A stretch of DNA of 64,000 nucleotides from Candidatus Poseidoniaceae archaeon (GTDB lineage: Archaea > Thermoplasmatota > Poseidoniia > Poseidoniales > Poseidoniaceae): contig CALSRB010000007.1 of assembly GCA_943788655.1 (NCBI GenBank), positions 82,439 through 146,438 on the forward strand. Direction: 5' to 3'. The translations under genes and the position numbers were made by a program. The notes beneath the pieces are model-generated. The model had not been told where the DNA came from. It made no database searches and saw only the letters and a program-made list of their open reading frames with translations. Shown in pieces: positions 39,053-48,228 of the stretch (its first letter is position 1; the number at the start of each line of letters is the position of its first letter).

Positions 39053-42000
39053 ATGAAGCCAGCCCATGCTCTATTTTCTCCCGGTTCCGCCGGCAAAAGA
39101 GCCGCTCTGTTGGTCGCTTTGATGCTCTGTTCATCCATCGCCCCGATGATGATGGTACCCGGCGTTTCAGCGCATGAATCATTCAACGACACGATTTGGC
39201 CAAAATCGGGGAGCAATGACACGGGTTGGGTGCAATTGGACGCAACGGGCGCAGACCCAATGACAGGGGGTCAAGCAACTGCCGACTGGACATTGGAATT
39301 CGCACCGGGGGCCGACATCTCAAACGTGTCGTTCCAGATTCGAGTCGACGGAAGCGACGGCTTGATGATCGAAGAGCCGATGCTTGTTGCAAATGACATC
39401 GGCATCAATTTGCTCGATTGGCGAGGACTTGGAACCCTTGGTGCAGCCGACTCGTTTGAAGGAACCAACCCTCACGAAGGAAGGCTTTCACCAAACAGTG
39501 ATTCTGGCGCCACATGGACCCTCCCCTCAGATGCTGAAATCACCGAGTTGGTGATCGAAGCGCTTGCCCCCGTCGATCCTGCGGTCTCCTTTGAGCCGAT
39601 TGACCTCGACATCAGCGCTCATGCACTCCACCCTGATGACGCTCGAATGTACATCGCTATTCTCGATGATGTCCTCGTTTTGGATTACAACAACGATCCG
39701 CCAATCATCGACATGATCCCATTCGAAAGCAATGTCGTGGATATGGAAATCGATGTGGCAAACAACTTGATTCATTTCCTCACTGAAGAGGACGGTTTCT
39801 TCGCCGTTTCGCTCACAGACTCAAGCACACAGACCGTGCTCCCAGATGCGTCGGATGCTGCGTTTGAGGAACTCCATCAATTCGTCATAGCAAGCACTGG
39901 AGATGTTTATGCCGCAAATGCGGATGAACTCGTCCTTTGGAACGGAGGTGCATGGGTCAACGTCGGTGGCACAAGCGGTGCATGCTTGGACATGTTAGAA
40001 GTAAACGGAATTCTTTACATTTCAATGGACGACGCTGGTGTAGCACGGTACGATCTTGCCTCGGGACAGATGCTTTCTGTATGGTCCACCGCCAACAGTC
40101 TTCACTCTGACGAAGTCCACCAGCTAATGATTTCTGGAAATCAACTTCTCATGGCATCCCCGGATGCCGGTCTTGCTCGATATGACTGGAGTTCTGGTTT
40201 CTGGCTTTCAACATGGAACAGTGGAAACTGGTTGGCCAGTGATGATGTGTCTGGCCTCGCAAGGTCTGGCAACACGCTGTACATCCTCAACGGCGATTCT
40301 TTGCACACCTACAACGCAGCAAGCAATGTTTTTTCAGGCTCTCAAACCCTTGACGCCTTCGGCTTAGCCAACGATGGACAAGGCCTCCTGCTGTGGCCAA
40401 GCAACGGTGCACGCGCACCACCTTCTGAATTAATCCTGGTCAGCGATGGCGGTGGAGCGCTTGTTGAATTGAGTCCCGGCTCTTCACCCCTCAACACAGG
40501 CGTGCTGCTGCTCGGGAGCGGACCAACGTCTGGTCAAATGATTGACTCAACGGAGTTGAACGGCGTTTTGTTTGTTGCTACTGATGACCAATACCTCAAC
40601 AGATTTGATACCCAAACTTCGCGCTGGATTGAGCCGGTGTTTATTGGAGCAGACATTGCACGTCTAAGCACTGATGGCAACCATGTGTACATCGCAGCCG
40701 CAAACGGCGCCCATCAAATGCACAGCAACGGCACAGTGTTGCAAACTTGGGACACATCCAACACCCCAATGTCGAGTAACGAAGTTACCGTCGTCCAATC
40801 TGATGGCTCGACCGTCGTGATCCTCAACCAATTTTACGGTGAATTCGCAGCAGTTAATCTCACAGGAGCGCAACCCCTCGTCTTCGAGTCACTCATCCTC
40901 TCAACGGGTTCGGTGACCGATGCCGCAATTCACAACGAAGTGGCATATGTTGGTACCCAAAATGACGGTTTGCTCCGCTATGACATAGCAACTGATGCTT
41001 GGCTCACCCCGTGGATTTCCACTGGTGTCAACGGTGCCAACGATGTCCCCGTGGCTGTAGTAGGCGATGTGTTGTACTTTGGAATTCCAGGCTACGGTGT
41101 GGCCCGTAAGGACCTCGCCACAAACGAAATTCTCCTCCCATTGACCACTGTCAGCAACAACCCGGGAGCCGGTTCCTCAACTTCTGTCCTCCCAAGCTCA
41201 ACCATTTACGCCCTTGAAGCCGGCACAAGTGTGCTCTACATCGGAACCAACCAAGGCGCCATTGAATGGGATGTATCTTCCTCGACGGCGACCACTTTCC
41301 AGATAGGAAGGCAATGGAATGAGCGTCCACAGCAATTCTTTGATTTCGTCGTCGTAGGTTCAAATGTATATGCTGCGACCAACATTGGTGTGTGCAAATT
41401 CCCAACCTCAACCGTCGACATCGATGAGTGCCTCAACGTGTACGACGGCATGCCGAACTGGGCGACCTATTCGATCGGTGCTGGAATTTCAAACACATAC
41501 CTGTTTGGAGGAACAAATTCAGGGGTTGGAATCATCACGATTTCACCCTTTGATGTGGTCGGTGAATGGACGGCTGGTGAGCAAACAAACAACGCGCCTG
41601 TAACCGTCGTTGGTGATGTGGCTTTCATCGCACTCGATGGCATTGGCATCGCCCGATATGACCTCACCAACGATGAATGGCTCAGCCTTTGGACCGACGA
41701 CAATGTGCTCGATGATGGGAATGAAGATGCAACCGCGCTTTCAGTCGACATCAATCCAAATTACATTTGGGTCGGTGGTTCTGATGGGTTCCAGTTGCTC
41801 AATGCCACCACCGGAAATGAAGTGTATGATATTGAAAAATCAAGCAGCCTGTTTGCTGGAAACGGCGACCCACTTGACATGATTCTCAAAGGCAACATCA
41901 TGTACTATCATGACGGTGCCAGCAGCGATAACCTGTATCGGTTTGACGCCCAGAATTTCACCTCCCTTCCTGCTCTTGACGTTGGCGCACAAGTGGGTCA

Positions 42001-45000
42001 GAACAACGGCGATGTGAATGGAATGAGCATCATTGGTGACATCATTATGATCAGCGTGGCATCTCAAAATTGGTGGCAAGTTGATGGATCCGGTGGCATC
42101 GCTCAATGGAACACCAGCAACAATTCATGGGGCGATAACATCCTCCCAATCGGCCAAGTCGATCGAGTGACTGCGTACAAATCCTCTACTGGAAACATGT
42201 GGGTATCATGGGGCGAAAACTCCCTTCAGTACATGGCTGCAAACGGCACTGTACTTGGAGAATGGGACGATGGAGATTTCAATTTCCCAATCCGTGAGAT
42301 TGTCGAATACAACGGTGAAGTGATGTTTGCTACCGAAGACGGCGTCGCACGTTACAACGAATCTGCGGGCCAATGGTTGACAGAGTGGACTCCTGGATCG
42401 GGCTTGCCCAGTGATGCTGGCGACCAAATCTACGAATTATGGACCGATGGAACAAGCCTGATCGTTGGTAGCGGCGAAGTGAGTCAGTTTGGTCAGTTCA
42501 GAAATGGCGCAATCTCCCATTGGGACGGTACGACATGGACCAATTACGAAACTGGGACCAACGGAGTGCCCAATGGTTACCCAATTACAATGACGGAGTG
42601 TGCCGGCATCGTCCACATCGGTATTTACGCCAACAATGGAGGCGTGGCCCGATTTGATATGGCCAATGATTCCTTCTTGAGCACCTTCCGAGGGGCAGAC
42701 TGGAACGAAAATTATGCCGAGGTATCCGGCGTCGCTTGTGACGGCACAGACACCCTCTATGTGGCCTTCTATGAAGACCAAGCAGATGTCAAAAAGTACA
42801 GTTATGCTTCCAACACCTGGCTTAACCCAATCACCACAGCAAACCACAACTTGCCAAGCGATCGTGTGTGGTGGGACGCTATTGACTATTCCAACAGCAT
42901 GCTTGTGCTGGGCCACGGCATCGGTACGAGCGGTGACAACATCATCGGCGGAGGCTACAGCGCAGTTGCAACATCAGGAGGCTCCACTGCGCAAGTCTCC
43001 TTCAACGGACAAGGGTCTTCGGTCACTTCCTTCCAATGGCTGACCAATGAATGGTTGATTGGGCAAGCGGGCGGTTCATCCGGATACAGCCACGTCGATA
43101 CAATCAGTTCGTTGGGACAAAACACATTGCTTGACTTCCCCGGACTTGTCAGCGGCCAGGTCACCAGCATGGCAGGCAATGGCACGCATCTATGGATTTC
43201 AACTCAAGGCGCAGCCCAAGGGTTTGGACAAGGTGGTTCAGCAGGCGCTGGATTGCTTCAGGGCGAACGCCAATCTGATGGGACAATCGATTGGCAGCAG
43301 GGATGGACGATGGTTGCCAACACCGTGGCCAAGGACATGGAGCTTGTTGGCACGGATCTTTACATCACGACAACACCGACTGGGCTCTACAAACTGGATA
43401 CCCTCACCGGTGTCTTGAGTCGAATCAGCGGTGCATTACACAACAACATGGACGGGCTCTTCGTTTACGGCTCGAGTTTGGTCATCGGCTTGCAAGGAAG
43501 TTCCGGCTCAGCTGCTGGCGTCCAAGTGTACGACCCAAGCACAGGCTTCGGAAGCGGTCGATTGCTTGGTGGCCTCCCCTCGAACAGCATCAATGCATTC
43601 ACTGAATCCTCAACCATGCTTTACATCGCAACCGATGGTGGAATTGGACGCTGGGACTACGCCCTATCAGACTGGGCAAACCCGCTCACAACAAGCGATG
43701 GATTGCCGACCAATGTGGTCGAAGATGTACAGTTCATCGGAACCGATCTTTGGATTGCTACAACCGCTGGTGTTGTCAAGATGGACACGTTAACCAATGC
43801 GACCACGCTCTATTCAAGCGGCACAGGTCTCATGGCCACCTCTGCACAATCCTTGACCACCGCAAGCACAACCACTGTTGTCAACGGCACATCTACAACA
43901 TCCACTTCCCTCTTCATCGGCCATGATGGCGCAGGTTCTGAACGCCCGGGCGTCACCAGCGTCGATACATCCTCGAACGCTGTCTCTTGGCATAAGTTCG
44001 ACCAATTATCATCGAACACTGTTGATGCTTTGGCAGCTGACTGGTGGGGCTTGCACATTGCAACGGACATCGGTCCAATGACGCATTACAACGGACAATC
44101 GAATCAATTCGAAGATGGAGTCCCTTCCTTCCAAGTAGCGGGATGGCCAATCCAGAAGATGGTCAGCGATGGCGATCATGTCCTTACCATTGGTGAGAAT
44201 GGAGCCTCAATCCTGAGCGCTCGCACGCCAACTCATGCTACCCTGAAGATGTTCCAAGAGACCGGATTGACAGGCGGGACCATCACGTCTGATGCAATTT
44301 GGCTGACGACCGGCGACATTGGCCTCTTTGGCTTCGAAAACAACGCCCAGTATGCTGCGTTAGATCGGTTCTCATTGCGCAAAGCAAGCCCTCTCAACGT
44401 CGGTTTCAACGGTGGATTTACCGACATCAGCGACATGACTCACCCCGGCATGCCAATCGTTCTTGCGAACCTATCCAACACGGCAGCACTCGACCCAACC
44501 CTCGGTGTTGTCGGGACAAATGGCATCATGTTCCAAACGGTTCCTCTCGCATTCACCTCACCAGTGAGCAACGCAGCGACGTGGGCGAAATCTGTGAGCA
44601 TGAAGTACAACGCTACGATTGAACTCAACAACAATCCAGACTTCGAAACAACCATGCAACTCGCTGTCGACAATGGAATCATCATCAATGGAACGCAATT
44701 TGTTCAATTGAACCTCCGCTCACCAAGCAATGGGTCGATGCATGTTCGCCTCATCTACGACTATGTCAAGACTGAAACCCCGATTGCATTGACTGAACTG
44801 GTTGACCGACCCGATGATGGCGGCGGAGCTTTGACCGCAGCATGGAGCCTTGTTCACGATGATGACTTCGCTCGCTACCTCGTCTACGTCAACGATGGGC
44901 CTGTTTGGTCGCTCGACGGAGGAATCACCACCACATTCCTACAAACTCGAACCATCGACAAAGCCATCTCTCTGCACAGCCGACTGTCGAGCGAAGTTAC

Positions 45001-47413
45001 CACTTCCAACGGTCAACCGCTCGTTGATGGAAACGATTACTACGCTGTAGTGGTCGTTGAATACGACGATGGACGCCTCGGCACTCCTTCGCCTGTGCTT
45101 GGACCTGCAACCCCGTCTGACGAAGTGCCGTTGGCACCAATCTGGGCTGAGGCAGGCCCTCACGAAGGAGGCGAAGATGGTGATCTGGACGTGGAATGGG
45201 CTCGCTGCACAAGCCTCGATCTTCTGCAAACGAACATTTACGCCTCGACCCAACCAATGACAGACGTTCTCGGCCTCACGCCTGAAGGGGAAGTTATGAA
45301 GATGGAAGGAAACTCAACCGTACTTTCGCTTTCACCCGGTCAACCGTACTGGCTTGGACTCACCTGTGTTGACGAAGCAGGACAAGAAGACATCATGAAC
45401 GCCCTCATCGTTGGACCCTTTGTCCCAACTGGCGGCTTGAATGACAACACAGCCCCTCCAAAAATGGAAAATGTCAACGCCATCGACACGCCCGAAGATG
45501 ACGGTGGACGCATCACTGTTTCATGGGACGTCAACCCTGCAGAAGATTGCACGTTCTATGCCATCTTCATGAGGGCCGTAGAAGACGGTGAAAATATCCA
45601 ACCGGACTTTGACGGAACTTCCTCCAGTGTAAATCCAGATACTGGCTTTACTCAAGCGAAGATCATCAACGATTGCGATGAACGTTCGACCTTGGTCACG
45701 AGCATCGACGGCGAAGGGCTCCAAAACGGACAAACCTACCTCGTTGGCGTGGTTGCGTACGATGATTGGCTGAACGCAAATCTGGACGATGTGGACCTCG
45801 TGCAAGTGACCCCCCTCCGCAACCAAAACGGCCAACCAACACCTCCTGACAGAACCGAGTTTGTTCAAGCATTTGATCATCCAAACGATGACGGAACCTC
45901 CATTGATGTCTTGTGGTCTGTTTCTGATGCTGATGATTTCTCACACTACACAATTTGGGCAGCCGACCAACCGCTCACCGACCTCTCAGTGGCATGGGCT
46001 TTGTTTGGCGATGACCCAACTCGATGTGGTTGCCTGAAAGTCAACAAGCAATGGGTTGACGAATCATTCAGTCCGCTTGAAGTCACATTAACAACGGCGT
46101 TGTACAGTGGTTCTGGTGGACTTATGGACCTCACTCAAAGTACACCTCAACCGATTCAACCGGATGTAGAACTGTATGTTGTTGTCACCGTTCATGACTT
46201 GGCAGGAAACGTGTTCCTTACCGACCTTACACAGGCCACAGTGACACCGATCGATAACGCCCTCGACACCACTGCCCCTGACCGTCTTGAAGTCTTGAGC
46301 CTCACCGACCGAGCGCTCGATGACGGAAGCGCGCTCTTGCTGGACTTTGAGTTAAGTTCCGCAAGTGACGTTGGCTCGTACGAAGTTTATGCTGCCACCT
46401 GGTCATTCACAAGCGTAGGACAAGGAACACTCGGCCCAAGCACACCGATTGCAACGCTCGAACGAGCCCCTGAACTCCCGCTCACAATCGACATCGTGGC
46501 TGGCGACACTCCGGTGATCCCCGGTCAAGAGATCTGGGCCGTTGTGGTGGTTCGTGACACCTCTGGAAACGCATTCACAACCGACTTGACCGCTGTGTCC
46601 TCCCAATCCATCGATGATGGCTACGATGCTTCAGGCTCGTACCTGCCTGAGGTTTCTGGCATCAGTGCCACGTGGATCGAGGAAAGCAAAATCCTCGTTG
46701 AATGGTCGCCATCAACCGACCAGCGCGTCCAAGGCTACCAAGTGTACATCGCTGAGGAGAACTTTGATGCAATCTCGAGCGCAACAATGGTGGGCGATGA
46801 AATCGCCTCGAACTCATTCATCATCACGGTGGATCAATTCGCAGCGCTGACCAACGCTACATCGTGGTACATCGCAGTCACGCCGTTTGACGAACTCGTG
46901 AGCAAGGAAGCGGTCAACCCAATTCAACTGGGGGCTTTCCAAGCGAATGATGGTACAACACCGGGCGAAGATAATGCAAACGATGGAACTGATTTCTCAT
47001 CACTCTTGACCACGCCCAACCTCTTGGCTGCTGGACTTTTCATCATGGCCATCTTCCTCTTCATCGCCGTGGTGCGAACAAGAGGCAGCCAACAACGAAA
47101 GGCAAAGTCGTGGGAACTCCAAGAAGCCACATGGGGATTGCAAGATGACCAAAGCTGGAACGATGCACCTGCTGTAGCCGCCCCACCAACTTCACCACCA
47201 CCTACAGCAGCGGCACCAACACCACCTGCCTCGAACATGTATGCTCAACCAGCCACGCAACAGGACATCTATGGGCGTCCAGCCTACCAACCTGCACAGC
47301 CGGTGATGCAACCGGTTCAGAGCAATGAGTTGCTCAACGAATTAGGTGTTGGAACTGCTCCACCACAGCAAACCAAAGCCATTGACACCTCGTTCCTCGA
47401 TGACTTGCTCTGA
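39053..47413 (+). CDS. Giant (about 2786 aa) secreted, membrane-anchored beta-propeller + FN3-repeat protein
   Basis: Signal peptide; repeated G(V/L/I)ARYD...WL..W blades; D.P.DDGG...W repeats; C-terminal TM and Pro/Gln tail; ATG 39053 lies 30 nt after TTCAAATA. Confidence 0.88.
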   Translation: MKPAHALFSPGSAGKRAALLVALMLCSSIAPMMMVPGVSAHESFNDTIWPKSGSNDTGWVQLDATGADPMTGGQATADWTLEFAPGADISNVSFQIRVDGSDGLMIEEPMLVANDIGINLLDWRGLGTLGAADSFEGTNPHEGRLSPNSDSGATWTLPSDAEITELVIEALAPVDPAVSFEPIDLDISAHALHPDDARMYIAILDDVLVLDYNNDPPIIDMIPFESNVVDMEIDVANNLIHFLTEEDGFFAVSLTDSSTQTVLPDASDAAFEELHQFVIASTGDVYAANADELVLWNGGAWVNVGGTSGACLDMLEVNGILYISMDDAGVARYDLASGQMLSVWSTANSLHSDEVHQLMISGNQLLMASPDAGLARYDWSSGFWLSTWNSGNWLASDDVSGLARSGNTLYILNGDSLHTYNAASNVFSGSQTLDAFGLANDGQGLLLWPSNGARAPPSELILVSDGGGALVELSPGSSPLNTGVLLLGSGPTSGQMIDSTELNGVLFVATDDQYLNRFDTQTSRWIEPVFIGADIARLSTDGNHVYIAAANGAHQMHSNGTVLQTWDTSNTPMSSNEVTVVQSDGSTVVILNQFYGEFAAVNLTGAQPLVFESLILSTGSVTDAAIHNEVAYVGTQNDGLLRYDIATDAWLTPWISTGVNGANDVPVAVVGDVLYFGIPGYGVARKDLATNEILLPLTTVSNNPGAGSSTSVLPSSTIYALEAGTSVLYIGTNQGAIEWDVSSSTATTFQIGRQWNERPQQFFDFVVVGSNVYAATNIGVCKFPTSTVDIDECLNVYDGMPNWATYSIGAGISNTYLFGGTNSGVGIITISPFDVVGEWTAGEQTNNAPVTVVGDVAFIALDGIGIARYDLTNDEWLSLWTDDNVLDDGNEDATALSVDINPNYIWVGGSDGFQLLNATTGNEVYDIEKSSSLFAGNGDPLDMILKGNIMYYHDGASSDNLYRFDAQNFTSLPALDVGAQVGQNNGDVNGMSIIGDIIMISVASQNWWQVDGSGGIAQWNTSNNSWGDNILPIGQVDRVTAYKSSTGNMWVSWGENSLQYMAANGTVLGEWDDGDFNFPIREIVEYNGEVMFATEDGVARYNESAGQWLTEWTPGSGLPSDAGDQIYELWTDGTSLIVGSGEVSQFGQFRNGAISHWDGTTWTNYETGTNGVPNGYPITMTECAGIVHIGIYANNGGVARFDMANDSFLSTFRGADWNENYAEVSGVACDGTDTLYVAFYEDQADVKKYSYASNTWLNPITTANHNLPSDRVWWDAIDYSNSMLVLGHGIGTSGDNIIGGGYSAVATSGGSTAQVSFNGQGSSVTSFQWLTNEWLIGQAGGSSGYSHVDTISSLGQNTLLDFPGLVSGQVTSMAGNGTHLWISTQGAAQGFGQGGSAGAGLLQGERQSDGTIDWQQGWTMVANTVAKDMELVGTDLYITTTPTGLYKLDTLTGVLSRISGALHNNMDGLFVYGSSLVIGLQGSSGSAAGVQVYDPSTGFGSGRLLGGLPSNSINAFTESSTMLYIATDGGIGRWDYALSDWANPLTTSDGLPTNVVEDVQFIGTDLWIATTAGVVKMDTLTNATTLYSSGTGLMATSAQSLTTASTTTVVNGTSTTSTSLFIGHDGAGSERPGVTSVDTSSNAVSWHKFDQLSSNTVDALAADWWGLHIATDIGPMTHYNGQSNQFEDGVPSFQVAGWPIQKMVSDGDHVLTIGENGASILSARTPTHATLKMFQETGLTGGTITSDAIWLTTGDIGLFGFENNAQYAALDRFSLRKASPLNVGFNGGFTDISDMTHPGMPIVLANLSNTAALDPTLGVVGTNGIMFQTVPLAFTSPVSNAATWAKSVSMKYNATIELNNNPDFETTMQLAVDNGIIINGTQFVQLNLRSPSNGSMHVRLIYDYVKTETPIALTELVDRPDDGGGALTAAWSLVHDDDFARYLVYVNDGPVWSLDGGITTTFLQTRTIDKAISLHSRLSSEVTTSNGQPLVDGNDYYAVVVVEYDDGRLGTPSPVLGPATPSDEVPLAPIWAEAGPHEGGEDGDLDVEWARCTSLDLLQTNIYASTQPMTDVLGLTPEGEVMKMEGNSTVLSLSPGQPYWLGLTCVDEAGQEDIMNALIVGPFVPTGGLNDNTAPPKMENVNAIDTPEDDGGRITVSWDVNPAEDCTFYAIFMRAVEDGENIQPDFDGTSSSVNPDTGFTQAKIINDCDERSTLVTSIDGEGLQNGQTYLVGVVAYDDWLNANLDDVDLVQVTPLRNQNGQPTPPDRTEFVQAFDHPNDDGTSIDVLWSVSDADDFSHYTIWAADQPLTDLSVAWALFGDDPTRCGCLKVNKQWVDESFSPLEVTLTTALYSGSGGLMDLTQSTPQPIQPDVELYVVVTVHDLAGNVFLTDLTQATVTPIDNALDTTAPDRLEVLSLTDRALDDGSALLLDFELSSASDVGSYEVYAATWSFTSVGQGTLGPSTPIATLERAPELPLTIDIVAGDTPVIPGQEIWAVVVVRDTSGNAFTTDLTAVSSQSIDDGYDASGSYLPEVSGISATWIEESKILVEWSPSTDQRVQGYQVYIAEENFDAISSATMVGDEIASNSFIITVDQFAALTNATSWYIAVTPFDELVSKEAVNPIQLGAFQANDGTTPGEDNANDGTDFSSLLTTPNLLAAGLFIMAIFLFIAVVRTRGSQQRKAKSWELQEATWGLQDDQSWNDAPAVAAPPTSPPPTAAAPTPPASNMYAQPATQQDIYGRPAYQPAQPVMQPVQSNELLNELGVGTAPPQQTKAIDTSFLDDLL

Positions 47414-47422
47414 GGGTTGACA

Positions 47423-48202
47423 ATGTCTGAAGGTGTCGACGCAAGTCCTCGTGATTTGGTCTTCACCACGATGGTTTGGGATCAAGCAGGGTGCATTGCC
47501 GACCTTGATGCACACCTTGAGCGCATGGAACTTCACGCCAGACGACTGCGGATTCAGTGGCCAACGGACATAAAACGATTGATCACAGAAGCCGTTGCTA
47601 CGCTCGAATTCAATGATCGACATCCCACTTGCCAACCAAAGGGGCTTCTTCGATTGGAATTGGCCCGTGATGGTGCAATCGATGTACGGCCGCGCCCCTT
47701 CTCAATTCGGAATGAAAGCGTCGAAGCAATCACGGTTCAAGCGCCTCGCTGGTCACCAAAAGTAAACGGAACGAAACATGGAGATTGGCAGCCTTACCAT
47801 GACGCAATGAAACAAGCAGATCATGCTGGAACTGACTTGGCCCTGCTTGTCCATGAGTTCGCCATTGTCGACGGCGACCGGGCCACCCCAATCGTGTTTG
47901 ATGAAGACAGCACGGCGTGGTTGTCGAACGCTTCGGATGGAGGCGTCGCCGGCATTACAGCAGAAATTCTCGTACCTCTTCTCGAAGCACAGGGCATTCC
48001 TGTGCAACGCGGGCGGTTGAACGAACGATTGGTTGCACGAGCGATTGAAGTGATTGCTGTAGGAAGCGGGCTTGGAGTTGCACAAATCGAATCCATCGAT
48101 GGCGAACAGATGGGCACAAATCACGGTTTTGCAAGAAAATGTCAAAGTTTGCTAACCCAACACTATGAAAACAAGAACGCATGGAGTGATGTGGGGGCCT
48201 AA
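47423..48202 (+). CDS. Class IV aminotransferase, likely 4-amino-4-deoxychorismate lyase
   Basis: HLERM, PLP lysine GTKH, G.AGIT; adjacent to a chorismate-utilising enzyme. Confidence 0.75.
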   Translation: MSEGVDASPRDLVFTTMVWDQAGCIADLDAHLERMELHARRLRIQWPTDIKRLITEAVATLEFNDRHPTCQPKGLLRLELARDGAIDVRPRPFSIRNESVEAITVQAPRWSPKVNGTKHGDWQPYHDAMKQADHAGTDLALLVHEFAIVDGDRATPIVFDEDSTAWLSNASDGGVAGITAEILVPLLEAQGIPVQRGRLNERLVARAIEVIAVGSGLGVAQIESIDGEQMGTNHGFARKCQSLLTQHYENKNAWSDVGA

Positions 48203-48228
48203 GCATCGAAGAACTAATTCTCCCCTTC

